Below are positions 8,699 through 19,863 of a DNA stretch of 64,000 nt, in pieces (the first letter of the stretch is position 1; every line of letters begins with the position of its first letter). The position numbers were made by a program, and so were the translations under genes. Source of the DNA: a virus; IMG/VR virus record IMGVR_UViG_3300028422_001962, positions 9,413 to 73,412 of that record. One strand, written 5' to 3'. The notes beneath the pieces were generated by a model, which had not been told where the DNA came from, ran no database searches, and was given only the letters and a program-made list of their open reading frames with translations.

Positions 8699-8712
8699 AG
8701 GAGCTACTTGCT

Positions 8713-11586
8713 ATGCCATATACAGCACATCAAATAAAGTTCTTTGCCGAACAGCTTATGCTGAAACGTCCTCAGCACTCAATTGACGGGCTTGCTTCTG
8801 CTATGTCAGGAGTGAAAGTGGATTTGAACCCGCACCAAGTAGACGCCGCTTTATTTGCTCTGCAGTCGCCACTGTCAAACGGAGTGTTACTTGCGGACGA
8901 AGTTGGGCTTGGGAAAACCATAGAAGCCGGTCTTGTTCTTGCTCAATGCTGGTCGGAGCGCAAGCGGAAAATCCTCTTGATTGTCACTGCCTCGCTCCGC
9001 ACACAATGGAGAGCTGAGCTGGAGGAGAAATTTTTTATTCGTTCTGAAATACTGGAATCAAAGAATTATAACAAGGCGAAGAAAGAGAACCCGTCTTGCA
9101 ACCCGTTTTTAGCGCAGGACGCAGTGGTGATTTGTTCATATAACTTTGCATCGACAAAGATGCAGGATGTTCGGTCGGTAGATTGGGACTTAGTTATTAT
9201 GGATGAGGCGCATAAGCTTCGCAACGTCTATAAGCGAAACAACGTGATGGGCAACAATCTGAAAATTGCTCTCCGTGGGCGGAAAAAACTGCTCCTCACG
9301 GCGACACCATTACAAAACAATTTGATGGAACTGTACGGCCTTGTCAGCATTATTGACGAGCAAGTTTTTGGCGACCCTGATATTTTTCGTGAAGTATATG
9401 TCAACGTGAGTAATATAGAGAGCCGCAACAGGAACCTAAAAGTACGCTTACAGAATTTTTGTAAAAGAACCCTACGCCGACAAGTGGCAGAATATGTGCC
9501 ATATACCAATCGAACGGCTATTTTACAGGAATATACACCAAGCCACGATGAGGAGCAACTGTACTCAGACGTATCTGATTATTTACAACGGGAACGACTT
9601 CACGCTTTTCCGCAAGGACAACGTCAACTCCTGATGTTAGTGGCGCGAAAATTGCTTGCATCATCTTCAATGGCAATTCACGGCACTCTGTCCACCATTA
9701 TTGACCGCCTGAACCTAAAACTAAGTGATTATCAAGCCCAGTTGAAACTGACAGACCTTGATGATTACGATGGCATTGAGGAGTTAATTGACGAGGAATC
9801 GAACGGTGCCGATAACGGTGCTGTGGATGAAATGGCGGCAGATTACGAAGGTATAAGGGCGGAAATTGAGGAACTGAAACAATACGCCGCTCTTGCCGAA
9901 AGAATTACAACCAACGCCAAGGGAGACAATCTTCTGACCGCTCTTAATCGCGGATTTGAAATGAATGAACGCCTTGGTGGTGCAAGAAAAGCAGTAATAT
10001 TTACTGAATCAAAGCGGACGCAGCAGTACCTTATGAATCTGCTTTCCCAAAATGGTTATGATGGACAGATTGTTTTTCTGGACGGATCAAATAACGACCC
10101 AGTATCTACTCGCGTTTATAAGGAATGGCGCGAGCGGCACGAAGACGACGGCAAAATTTCAGGCTCAACAGCAGCGGATAAAAAGTCGGCGATTGTTGAG
10201 GAATTCCGCGACCGCGCTTCAATTCTCATCGGAACAGAAGCTGCTGCCGAGGGAATCAACCTGCAATTTTGCAATATTGTTGTCAACTATGACTTACCGT
10301 GGAATCCTCAGCGCATAGAGCAGCGTATTGGCCGTTGCCACCGTTATGGGCAAAAGAATGATGTTATTGTCATCAACTTTTTAAATCGCGCCAACGCCGC
10401 CGATGAGAGGGTTTTTGAATTACTATCTCAGAAGTTTAGGCTGTTTGATGGTGTGTTCGGTTCGTCGGATGAAGTGCTTGGAGCCATTGAGGATGGCGTG
10501 GATTTTGAAAAGCGTATCCTTGATATTTACCAGTCTTGTCGTGAATCGGATGCAATCAGGGCGGCGTTTGATGCTCTGCAGGAGGAGCTATCCGAACAGA
10601 TAAGTGAAAACATTACTAAGGCGCGGCAGTCTATATTGGAAAATTTCGATGAGGATGTTTTCAAACATCTGAAAGACTGTCACGAGGGGACAAAAGCAGA
10701 ACTCGACAAGTTTTCCCGGTGGCTTTGTAACTTCTTTACTATGTGGGGAGCGGAACGGGTTGAGCCTCTCGACCAATGGCGCTTTGCTTACATAGAAAAT
10801 GGCGAGCGTAAGACTTATAACCTCCGTTGGAAAGACGCAGAAGCACTACATGATGAGTTTTTGCGCCGGGATGGTGAACTTTGCACCAAGTGGATTGCTG
10901 AAGCAATGAATACAAATGCGCCTCCCGTTGCCATACGGTTTAATCATTCAGACTTGCCACAGAAAGACCATATCAGCTTTTTGGACAGCCATCCTACTCT
11001 GAATAACGGCATCATCTCAATCGACAAGCTGACGCATAGGGGTATTGACAATGAGGAGCATCTGATTGTATCTGTTGTCACCAACGATGGTACACTCATT
11101 GATGGCGATGATGCAGGCAATATAATTGACCGTATTATGGAGCTACCGGCCGATATCGTCGGCGAGTGTTCGCCCGAATCGGAAACTCTTATCAGGCGGC
11201 GGCAGGAAGGTATTCAACGGCAAAAGGATGATATCGCCGAACGCAACAAGATGTATTTCTTGGAGCAGGTCGAAAAACTGGACGCTTTCAGTGAAGATTT
11301 AAAAGAAGGATTACAAAAGCAACTGAAAGCCCTGAAAAAGGAAATAGCAGAAAAACGTAAGGATTTTCGAACTTCAAAGGATATCTGCTCTCTTGATGAA
11401 ATGTTGGAGAAACGATCGGCGATTACCGCCTTAGAAGATAAGCGCAAAAAAATGGAGCGGGAAATAAGCCTCGAAGAAGATAGGATTACCCTTGAGAATG
11501 AGGCTTTACAGGAAGATATCCGCACCCGTTTAAACGGCGAAATCGAAACCGAAACGATAATGACTTTCTCGTTCGAGATAGTATAG
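8713..11586 (+). CDS. SNF2-family helicase/ATPase
   Basis: LADEVGLGKT, DEAH, TATP, EGINLQ, QRIGRCHR; C-terminal coiled coil. Confidence 0.92.
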   Translation: MPYTAHQIKFFAEQLMLKRPQHSIDGLASAMSGVKVDLNPHQVDAALFALQSPLSNGVLLADEVGLGKTIEAGLVLAQCWSERKRKILLIVTASLRTQWRAELEEKFFIRSEILESKNYNKAKKENPSCNPFLAQDAVVICSYNFASTKMQDVRSVDWDLVIMDEAHKLRNVYKRNNVMGNNLKIALRGRKKLLLTATPLQNNLMELYGLVSIIDEQVFGDPDIFREVYVNVSNIESRNRNLKVRLQNFCKRTLRRQVAEYVPYTNRTAILQEYTPSHDEEQLYSDVSDYLQRERLHAFPQGQRQLLMLVARKLLASSSMAIHGTLSTIIDRLNLKLSDYQAQLKLTDLDDYDGIEELIDEESNGADNGAVDEMAADYEGIRAEIEELKQYAALAERITTNAKGDNLLTALNRGFEMNERLGGARKAVIFTESKRTQQYLMNLLSQNGYDGQIVFLDGSNNDPVSTRVYKEWRERHEDDGKISGSTAADKKSAIVEEFRDRASILIGTEAAAEGINLQFCNIVVNYDLPWNPQRIEQRIGRCHRYGQKNDVIVINFLNRANAADERVFELLSQKFRLFDGVFGSSDEVLGAIEDGVDFEKRILDIYQSCRESDAIRAAFDALQEELSEQISENITKARQSILENFDEDVFKHLKDCHEGTKAELDKFSRWLCNFFTMWGAERVEPLDQWRFAYIENGERKTYNLRWKDAEALHDEFLRRDGELCTKWIAEAMNTNAPPVAIRFNHSDLPQKDHISFLDSHPTLNNGIISIDKLTHRGIDNEEHLIVSVVTNDGTLIDGDDAGNIIDRIMELPADIVGECSPESETLIRRRQEGIQRQKDDIAERNKMYFLEQVEKLDAFSEDLKEGLQKQLKALKKEIAEKRKDFRTSKDICSLDEMLEKRSAITALEDKRKKMEREISLEEDRITLENEALQEDIRTRLNGEIETETIMTFSFEIV

Positions 11587-11599
11587 GAGGATTTTATAT

Positions 11600-13180
11600 A
11601 TGCAGAAACTTGAGCTCACGTGGATTGGTAAGGGCGATGAGCCCGCTGTCGAACCACGTATACTGCTTCACGATGCTTCAAAGGATTACGGCGACCCCGC
11701 CGCTGATAATATGCTGATCCACGGTGATAACCTGCTCGCGCTGAAAGCCTTGGAGCAGGAATTCGCCGGGCAGGTGAAGTGCATCTATATTGATCCTCCA
11801 TATAACACGGGCAGCGCTTTTGAACATTACAACGACAACTTAGAACACTCCACCTGGCTATCGCTAATGGTTCCGCGCCTGCGTATCCTGCGTAATTTGT
11901 TGAGTGATGACGGTAGTATTTGGATTAGCATTGATGACGAAGAACGCGATTATCTCAAAGTGGTCTGCGATGAAATATTTGGCCGCAATTGCTTCGTGAG
12001 TGCAGTGTGTTGGCGCAATTCTGATAATAGTAACAATAATGCTTTAACATTTTCGATTGACCACAATTATATTTTAGTTTATGGTCGGAATCCCGGATGG
12101 AGGCCGAAGTTTCTTAATGATCCGAGTAAACGAACGCACTTTAAGAATCCCAACAATGACCCGCGGGGCCCATGGTTTGACGGAAATCCTGTTAATAATC
12201 CGGGATTGAGAGTAAATCTCCAGTACAACATCACCACTCCAAACGGGAAAATTATTAAGCACCCACCGAATGGCTGGCGTTGGTCATGGGAAACCATCCA
12301 AGAAAAGATGAAAACAGGTGAAATCCGATTTTCGGAGGATGAAACGCGACTAATAAGGCGAACTTATCTTAATGATATGGAAGGATTGCCACCGTCAACA
12401 TTATGGACGGATTTGGATACGACAGGGCATACTCGTAAAGCAAAATATGAATTAAAAAACTTATTCCCTGAGGTTCCGGTAACCAGCCTGTTCAGTACCC
12501 CGAAGCCAGAACTGTTAATCAATTATGTTCTACAACTGGCAACTAATTCCGGCGACCTCGTTCTTGACTCGTTCCTCGGCTCAGGCACAACCGCCGCAGT
12601 TGCTCACAAGATGGGACGGCGATATATCGGTATCGAACTAGGCGAGCATTGTTATACTCACTGCCTGCCCCGCTTGCAAAAAGTAGTGGACGGCGAACAA
12701 GGCGGCATTTCTAAAGCCGTAGACTGGCAAGGCGGTGGCGGTTTCAAGTTATACGAACTTGCATCCACGCTGATTGTGACGGACAAGCACGGCCAATCTG
12801 TCATTAACGACAAGTATAATGCGCAAATGCTCGTCGCCGCAATCGCCAAACTCAATGGCTACGATTATGCGCCTGATACCGATGTGTTCTGGAAACAGGG
12901 AAAAAGTCAGGCGGGCAGCTTCATCTTCGTCACAACCGAATACCTTACGGCGGCACAGCTTGACGATATCTCCCGCGACCTGCCGGAGTATGAACGTCTG
13001 CTTATTTGCGCCCCGGCATTTGATATTGGTCTTGGCAAACGCTACGAGAACATAAATGTCCGTAAAATTCCGCAGTCGGTTCTCGATAAGTGTGAGTATG
13101 GTGCGGACAACTACAACCTGAATATTGTAAATCCCCCCGAACTGGACGAAGACGAATGGGAGGACGGAGAAGATGCTTAG
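11600..13180 (+). CDS. mod: Type III RM methyltransferase (Mod)
   Basis: IHGDNL, catalytic DPPY, central variable region, DSFLGSGTT. Confidence 0.93.
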   Translation: MQKLELTWIGKGDEPAVEPRILLHDASKDYGDPAADNMLIHGDNLLALKALEQEFAGQVKCIYIDPPYNTGSAFEHYNDNLEHSTWLSLMVPRLRILRNLLSDDGSIWISIDDEERDYLKVVCDEIFGRNCFVSAVCWRNSDNSNNNALTFSIDHNYILVYGRNPGWRPKFLNDPSKRTHFKNPNNDPRGPWFDGNPVNNPGLRVNLQYNITTPNGKIIKHPPNGWRWSWETIQEKMKTGEIRFSEDETRLIRRTYLNDMEGLPPSTLWTDLDTTGHTRKAKYELKNLFPEVPVTSLFSTPKPELLINYVLQLATNSGDLVLDSFLGSGTTAAVAHKMGRRYIGIELGEHCYTHCLPRLQKVVDGEQGGISKAVDWQGGGGFKLYELASTLIVTDKHGQSVINDKYNAQMLVAAIAKLNGYDYAPDTDVFWKQGKSQAGSFIFVTTEYLTAAQLDDISRDLPEYERLLICAPAFDIGLGKRYENINVRKIPQSVLDKCEYGADNYNLNIVNPPELDEDEWEDGEDA

Positions 13181-15920
13181 AGAACCTTATTCGGCGAAAT
13201 CATACTCCTATAACTCAAAATACATTGACAATCGCCTTGCCCTCCGTCCCCCTCAGAAGGAGAGCTTGGAGCGGTTCGCGCGGATTGTGGATATACTCTC
13301 CCTCTCAAAAACACCGAACTTGGATGAGGAACTCATAAAAATCCGTGAACTGTTCCCAACACTCACCAGTTTTGAGCGGGACTTTCCGTCGGTATGCTTC
13401 GCCCTTGCCACGGGCATAGGCAAAACTCGATTGATGGGCGCAATGATTGCCTATCTGCACTACGAGAAAGGTGTCAATAATTATTTTGTGATGGCCCCCA
13501 ACCTCACGATTTATAAGAAGCTGAAAAACGACCTCGGTAACCCGAACAATGAAAAGTACGTGTTTCGAGGTTTAGATAAGTTCGTCAACGCGCCACGCAT
13601 TATCGATGGCGACAATTACGAAGAATTCCGTCAGATGTCGCTGTTTGAAGGCGGCGTTACCATCAACGTCTTTAACATCAGCAAACTGAACTCAGAGAGC
13701 GGACGGATGCGCCGCTTGCAGGAGGTTCTTGGGCAGTCTTATTTTTCGTATTTACAATCCTTGCCCGACCTCTGCATCTTTATGGACGAAAGCCACCACT
13801 ACCACGCCGACAGAGGGTTTGACACCATAAACGAGCTTCACCCAGTCCTTGGTGTGGAACTTACCGCAACACCACAAATTCAAAAAGGCGCACGGAAGAT
13901 CGATTTCAATAACGTGGTGTATGAATACTCTCTTGCTCATGCGCTGAACGACGGGCTTTACGTCAAAGTCCCCGCCGTATTCACTCGCCGGGATTTTCGC
14001 CATGAAGAATATACCCCGCAACAACTTGACCGCGAAAAACTCAACGACGGCATCCGTCTGCACGAAGAAACAAAAAGCAGACTGGATGTGTACGCTCGTA
14101 CCCACGGCAAGTCCATTGTTAAGCCGTTTGTGCTTGTTGTTGCCAAAGATACAACCCACTCTCGGGAAATACGCGAGTATCTCACTTCGGATGCTTTCTT
14201 TCATGGATATTACAAAGATAAGGTATTGGAAATCAACTCGGCACAGCGCGGCTCGGAAAAGGACGAGAACATAGAGCTGCTACTCTCGCTTGAGTTGACC
14301 ACCAATGTAATCGAAATCGTCATTCACGTCAATATGCTCAAGGAGGGCTGGGACGTGACGAACCTCTATACCATTATCCCTCTCCGCGCTTCGGCATCCG
14401 AAACACTCACGGAACAGACCATTGGGAGAGGTTTGCGTTTGCCTTATGGTCAGAGAGCAGGAGTGGATGAGGTTGACAGACTCTCTATCGTCAGTCACGA
14501 CCGTTATCAGGCGATTGTAGACCTTGCTAAAGACCCGAACTCACTTGTCCGTAAGATTTACTACATTGAGGAACAAGAACTTCCCGAAAGCGAAGACGGG
14601 CGCGAAACCGTACCTCTTCCGACAGTTTATGACGCGTTGACCTCCGGCGAGAGCTTCACACAACAGTTGGCGTTTACCCTGCGTGAAACGGCGACGGACG
14701 AATACAAAGCTGAAAAAACGCCCGACCAGACGATGCTTATCGCAAGCATTGTCCAAAGTATAACCGCTAAAACGGTGGTCGAGGTTAACAGGCAGGTTCG
14801 GAATATTAATGCCATTAATGATGAACAAACGCGCAAATGGGTGCATGGCAGTATTGTTACGCAAGCCATACAGCAACTTCCCGAATTTGGGCTAAAAGAA
14901 GAGGACTTAACAGCAGTTGTCACGAAAGCAATCGAAACTTGTGCCCAAGCCCTCACAGAAAACGTCATTCCGATACCGCAGTCAGTCGTTCAGCCCCATA
15001 CCGAAGTTAAGCGTGGATTTTATGACTTCACGCTTGATACGAGCCGTATGCGTTGGCATCCGTCCGACGACACACTCCTCGGCACGGAACTCATGGAGGG
15101 CGGCGAAACCTTTACGCTGGAAACAGGAACAGTTGCATTTGCAAAGATTGATACAGTGGAAAATGAGATTGTCCGACATATTATCGTCCATGATAACGTG
15201 GACTACGCAACTTGTTCAGACCTCATCTATTCACTTATCACAGATGCCAAGCGGCACTTTTTGTCGTACTTGAATGATGAGGAAACGGAAAAAGTCATGC
15301 GCGATCGGCAGCGCACCATCGCTGAAATCATCTACGCGCAGATGAACGAGCATTTTTATAAAGAGGAAGTCAGCTATAGGGCAGCCAATATGCGCCCATT
15401 CACAAGGATTGAACCGAGTTTCGGCGGCAAGTTTAAATCGGATGAGATATATGACTTGCGGACGCCTATGGCGGCATCTGATGTGAAGTCCAAGATATTC
15501 AGCGGATTTAAAAAAGCAGGTCATACGCTGTACAAATTCGACAGTGACACGGAGCGAACTTTTGCAGTCGTGCTGGAGAACGATAATGCCGTTCTTCGTT
15601 GGTTGCGTCCCGCGCCGCGTCAGTTTAACATCTACTGGGGACAAGGCGGCGCGAGCCGTTATGAGCCAGATTTCATTGTTGAGACCGCCGAAACAATTTA
15701 TATGTGCGAACCGAAAGCGAGCAACAAGATGCGAGATGCGGACGTGCTTGAAAAGCAGGAAGCCGCAGAAGAATACTGCCGCGCCGCCAGTGAATTCAAC
15801 ACCGAAAACGGCGGTAAACCGTGGAAGTATGTTCTTATTTCTCACGATGAAATCCGACCGCAGTCGAGTTTTACTTATCTCGCAAAACAAGCTTCGCACG
15901 AGCAGTTATCGATAGAGTAG
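13173..15920 (+). CDS. res: Type III RM endonuclease (Res)
   Basis: LATGIGKT, DESHH, EGWD, QTIGRGLR, C-terminal PDF..EPK nuclease; overlaps mod. Confidence 0.92.
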   Translation: MLREPYSAKSYSYNSKYIDNRLALRPPQKESLERFARIVDILSLSKTPNLDEELIKIRELFPTLTSFERDFPSVCFALATGIGKTRLMGAMIAYLHYEKGVNNYFVMAPNLTIYKKLKNDLGNPNNEKYVFRGLDKFVNAPRIIDGDNYEEFRQMSLFEGGVTINVFNISKLNSESGRMRRLQEVLGQSYFSYLQSLPDLCIFMDESHHYHADRGFDTINELHPVLGVELTATPQIQKGARKIDFNNVVYEYSLAHALNDGLYVKVPAVFTRRDFRHEEYTPQQLDREKLNDGIRLHEETKSRLDVYARTHGKSIVKPFVLVVAKDTTHSREIREYLTSDAFFHGYYKDKVLEINSAQRGSEKDENIELLLSLELTTNVIEIVIHVNMLKEGWDVTNLYTIIPLRASASETLTEQTIGRGLRLPYGQRAGVDEVDRLSIVSHDRYQAIVDLAKDPNSLVRKIYYIEEQELPESEDGRETVPLPTVYDALTSGESFTQQLAFTLRETATDEYKAEKTPDQTMLIASIVQSITAKTVVEVNRQVRNINAINDEQTRKWVHGSIVTQAIQQLPEFGLKEEDLTAVVTKAIETCAQALTENVIPIPQSVVQPHTEVKRGFYDFTLDTSRMRWHPSDDTLLGTELMEGGETFTLETGTVAFAKIDTVENEIVRHIIVHDNVDYATCSDLIYSLITDAKRHFLSYLNDEETEKVMRDRQRTIAEIIYAQMNEHFYKEEVSYRAANMRPFTRIEPSFGGKFKSDEIYDLRTPMAASDVKSKIFSGFKKAGHTLYKFDSDTERTFAVVLENDNAVLRWLRPAPRQFNIYWGQGGASRYEPDFIVETAETIYMCEPKASNKMRDADVLEKQEAAEEYCRAASEFNTENGGKPWKYVLISHDEIRPQSSFTYLAKQASHEQLSIE

Positions 15921-15945
15921 ACACTTCTAAGGAGGGAGTTGCCAC

Positions 15946-17088
15946 ATGAAATTTTTTCACTTATCCGACCTGCATCTCGGTAAGCGTGTCAACGAGTTTT
16001 CCATGCTGGAAGACCAGTGGGACATCCTGCAAAAAATTGTTGTGCTTGCCAAAGAGAATAAACCGCATGCCATCCTCATCGCAGGTGATGTCTACGATAA
16101 AGCTATGCCCATTGTAGAGGCCGTCCAACTATTGGATAGATTTCTTGTTTGGCTCAACGAACTGGGAATTGCGGTGTTTATAGTTTCCGGCAACCACGAC
16201 AATGCTGAGCGTGTGGCGTTCGGCGCGGAATTGTTGAAAAACAGTAACGTGCATATTGTGCAGTCGTATAATGGCAAAATGAATCCTATAACTCTCTCCG
16301 ACAGATATGGCGATATCAATATCTGGATGCTACCGTATCTCAAGCCGTCCCTGGTCCGCAAGCACTTTCCTGACAGGGATATAACTACATACTCGAACGC
16401 CGTATCCGCAGCTTTGAGCAATGCGAATCTTGACACTTCAGTAAGAAATGTGCTGATTGCCCACCAGTTTGTTACCGGGGCAGTTACAAGCGAATCTGAA
16501 GAAATCTCTGTCGGTGGTTCGGAGAATGTGGATGGCTCGGTTTTTGATGGGTTTGATTACGTTGCATTAGGGCATATTCACCGTCCACAGCAGATCGGTC
16601 GAGAAACCCTTCGATACAGCGGAACCCCGCTCAAATATTCGTTTTCGGAAGCAAGCCATACAAAATCTGTGACAGTCGTTGATATGGATGTCAAGGGCAA
16701 GATAAAAATCACTGAATTGCCGCTTGTACCGCTCCGTGATATGCGTGAAGTTCGCGGCACATACAACGAGATTATGAACCGTAACAGCTACCGGGGTACG
16801 AACACGGAGGACTATATCCATATTGTGTTGACAGATGAGCACGATGAGCCGGATGCGATGTCAAAACTGCGAAACGTCTACCCTAACCTGATGCGCTTGG
16901 AGTACGATAACAGACGAACACAGGCAGCGAGTTCTCTCGAAACGGTAGCGTCCACGGAAAAGAAAACGCCATCTCAGTTATTCGGGGAACTGTTCGAAAT
17001 GCAAAACGGACAGCCGATGAGTGAAGAGCAATCAAAATATGTAACAAGCCTATTCAACGAAATCTGGGAGGAGGTGTCGAACTCATGA
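15946..17088 (+). CDS. sbcD: SbcD/Mre11 nuclease
   Basis: SDLHLG, AGDVYD, GNHD, AHQFV, LGHIH, YSGTPLKYSFSE. Confidence 0.93.
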   Translation: MKFFHLSDLHLGKRVNEFSMLEDQWDILQKIVVLAKENKPHAILIAGDVYDKAMPIVEAVQLLDRFLVWLNELGIAVFIVSGNHDNAERVAFGAELLKNSNVHIVQSYNGKMNPITLSDRYGDINIWMLPYLKPSLVRKHFPDRDITTYSNAVSAALSNANLDTSVRNVLIAHQFVTGAVTSESEEISVGGSENVDGSVFDGFDYVALGHIHRPQQIGRETLRYSGTPLKYSFSEASHTKSVTVVDMDVKGKIKITELPLVPLRDMREVRGTYNEIMNRNSYRGTNTEDYIHIVLTDEHDEPDAMSKLRNVYPNLMRLEYDNRRTQAASSLETVASTEKKTPSQLFGELFEMQNGQPMSEEQSKYVTSLFNEIWEEVSNS

Positions 17089-19853
17089 GACCTCTCAAAC
17101 TGACCATGTCTGCCTTTGGCTGTTATGCAGACAAACAGACCGTTGATTTTCAAACGCTTGGCAATGAAGGGCTATACCTCATTACTGGTGATACTGGAGC
17201 GGGAAAAACAACCATATTCGATGCCATTACCTTCGCACTCTACGGGGAAACAAGCGGTGACAACAGGAAAGCAGAAATGCTGCGTAGCAAGTACGCACAA
17301 GAGAATGCAGAAACCTATGTTGAGCTTTCATTCCAATACCATGATAAGGTCTACCTTATCAAACGTAATCCGGCTTATGTGCGGGCAAAGCAACGTGGTG
17401 AAGGCACAACAGAGGAAAAGGCTGATGCCGAACTGCACCTACCAGACGACCGCATTGTGACGAAACTTAGAGAGGTCAACACCAAGGTCGAGGAAATACT
17501 CGGTATCAACCGTGAGCAGTTTGTCCAGATTGCGATGATAGCACAGGGTGAATTTCTGAAAGTCCTTCACGCCAGTACCGAAGACCGAATCGAGATATTC
17601 CGTAAGATTTTTTATACGGACGCCTACAAAACATTTCAAGACAGAGTTAAGAAGGACGCGAACGGACTCGTTGCAGAAATCAAAGAGCAACGGCGCGGTT
17701 ACGACTTTAGCCTCGGTAATGTTCAAGTAGATGCGAACGACGAAGAAAACACGCAAAAACTCTCCGATGCCAAGTCTGGGCTCTTATTGGCGGGTGATGT
17801 CATCGAATGGCTTACACTAATTATTTCTGCCGACGATGAAGCATTCTCCGCAAATGAGAAATTGTTGGAGAAAGTGGGCGTCAAACTGGCTGAAATAAAC
17901 CAGAGGGTCGGGCAAGCCGAGCAGGATAAGAAAGCGCGTGACGCTTTAAAAGCTGCGGAAGACCGTCTCCCTTCTGAAATGGCGGCTCAGAATGAAGCTG
18001 AATCCGTTTTAAACGCGGAAAAAGCTAAACAGCCTGAATACGAGTCCGTAAAAACTCAAATTTCTGAAATAGAGCGGTCGTTGACTAAATATCAGGAACT
18101 GCAAAATCTTATCGATTCGATAAAGTTAAACGAGGAAAAGTTATCTGTCGAAAAGCAAAATGCCGATAACTTACAAAAGAAACAAACCTCCGATACATCT
18201 GCGCTTAAGACCGCAAAAGAGGAACTCAAGTCTTTAGTGGATGCCGAAGTCATAGCCGAAACATTGCGTAGCCAACAAGGAAAGCTGACCACAAAGCAGA
18301 GCAGTATTGGTTCGTTAACCGCTTTGCTCGAAGGTTATAGCAGACTGCTTTCTGAACTCAAAGCGGCACAAGACGATTACACCGAAAAGTCTACAATTGC
18401 AAAGACTAAGCGGGATGGATATGAAACTCTTAACAAGGCGTATCTCGATGAGCAAGCGGGGATATTGGCAGTAGAACTGAAAGATGGACAACCCTGCCCA
18501 GTCTGCGGTTCTACCGAGCATCCTGATCCTGCGGTTTTATCTGTTAAGGCTCCTACAAAGGCGGAACTTGATAAGGCAAAGAAGGCCGCTGAGGCTGCAG
18601 AATCAGAAATGACTACTGCCAGTGGCTTGGCAAGCAACTTGAACGGGCAAAGCGGTACTAAGCGAGACGAAATCATAACCGCTGCAACGACGTTATTGGG
18701 AGAAATCTTGTTCGATAATATCCCGTCGGTTTTGGAGAGTGCGTTAACTGAGGTCAAAACAGGACTTGCGGAAGTCAATGAGAAACTCGCCGAGCAAGAG
18801 AAAAGAATAGCTCGAAAAAAGGAACTTGAAGAAGCGATACCTACTTCCGAGAGTAACCTTATTAAAGTCGGCGAGGCTCTTGGTAAGTCCAAAGAACAAG
18901 TCGCTGCACTGACCACGCAGATTGACGCCGACAGCAAAACAAGGGACAAGCAGGCAGCGGAACTCAAATTTAAGAATGAGGCAGATGCCAAAGCGGAAAT
19001 CACCGCTCTCAGCACCAAAAAGAAAGGCTACGAAGATGCCCTCCAAACCGTCCAGACCGCATATGATACAGCAAAAACGAAAGTGAACGGCACAGCAACG
19101 GAGATACAAACATTGCAAGCACAGCTTGGTGATTCACAACCTTTGGATTTGGATGCACTAAAACAAGAAAAAGGCACTATTGAAAGCACACAGCGTGGAT
19201 TGGGCGAAATCAACCGTGTTGTCGGCACACGAAAGTCTGTCAACCAAACTGCGTTGAACGACATTAACAAAACGGCTAAAGCCATCATGGAGCTCGAAGT
19301 TCGTTACAAGTGGTTGAAAGAAATTTCCGACACAGCAAACGGAGATATTAGCGGCAAAGAAAAAATCAAACTGGAAACCTATATCCAAGCAGCGTACTTC
19401 GACAGGATAATTGCGCGGGCAAATATTCGCCTTCTTCAGATGTCAAATAGCCAGTTCGAGTTAAAGCGGCGAGATGTAAGCGGCAAGCAGGGACAAAGCG
19501 GCTTAGACTTGAATGTCATTGACCACTACAATGGTACAGAACGCGATGCAAAAACGCTCTCAGGTGGTGAGTCGTTCATCGCCTCTCTGTCGCTTGCACT
19601 TGGTCTTTCGGATGAAATACAGAACAATGCTGGAGGCATACGTCTTGATTCGATGTTTGTTGATGAGGGCTTCGATTCATTAGATGATACGAAACTGTCA
19701 CAATCAATACAGGCGTTGATGAGTATATCGCAGACCAATCGCCTTGTTGGGATAATATCACATGTTACTGGGCTTGATGAAAAAATAGGTCGCAAAATCG
19801 TCGTGATCAAAGACCGTACGGGTGGTAGCAGAGCCGAAATACTGGTGGGATAA
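17085..19853 (+). CDS. sbcC: SbcC/Rad50 SMC-like ATPase
   Basis: GDTGAGKT, coiled coils, zinc hook CPVCGS, LSGGE, FVDEGF, IISH. Confidence 0.93.
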   Translation: MRPLKLTMSAFGCYADKQTVDFQTLGNEGLYLITGDTGAGKTTIFDAITFALYGETSGDNRKAEMLRSKYAQENAETYVELSFQYHDKVYLIKRNPAYVRAKQRGEGTTEEKADAELHLPDDRIVTKLREVNTKVEEILGINREQFVQIAMIAQGEFLKVLHASTEDRIEIFRKIFYTDAYKTFQDRVKKDANGLVAEIKEQRRGYDFSLGNVQVDANDEENTQKLSDAKSGLLLAGDVIEWLTLIISADDEAFSANEKLLEKVGVKLAEINQRVGQAEQDKKARDALKAAEDRLPSEMAAQNEAESVLNAEKAKQPEYESVKTQISEIERSLTKYQELQNLIDSIKLNEEKLSVEKQNADNLQKKQTSDTSALKTAKEELKSLVDAEVIAETLRSQQGKLTTKQSSIGSLTALLEGYSRLLSELKAAQDDYTEKSTIAKTKRDGYETLNKAYLDEQAGILAVELKDGQPCPVCGSTEHPDPAVLSVKAPTKAELDKAKKAAEAAESEMTTASGLASNLNGQSGTKRDEIITAATTLLGEILFDNIPSVLESALTEVKTGLAEVNEKLAEQEKRIARKKELEEAIPTSESNLIKVGEALGKSKEQVAALTTQIDADSKTRDKQAAELKFKNEADAKAEITALSTKKKGYEDALQTVQTAYDTAKTKVNGTATEIQTLQAQLGDSQPLDLDALKQEKGTIESTQRGLGEINRVVGTRKSVNQTALNDINKTAKAIMELEVRYKWLKEISDTANGDISGKEKIKLETYIQAAYFDRIIARANIRLLQMSNSQFELKRRDVSGKQGQSGLDLNVIDHYNGTERDAKTLSGGESFIASLSLALGLSDEIQNNAGGIRLDSMFVDEGFDSLDDTKLSQSIQALMSISQTNRLVGIISHVTGLDEKIGRKIVVIKDRTGGSRAEILVG

Positions 19854-19863
19854 GGAGATTTCT

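Noticed and set aside
11600-13180. Phase variation of mod or an hsdS shufflon
   Set aside because: No simple-sequence repeat tract seen in mod; a single hsdS with no silent TRDs or adjacent invertase.
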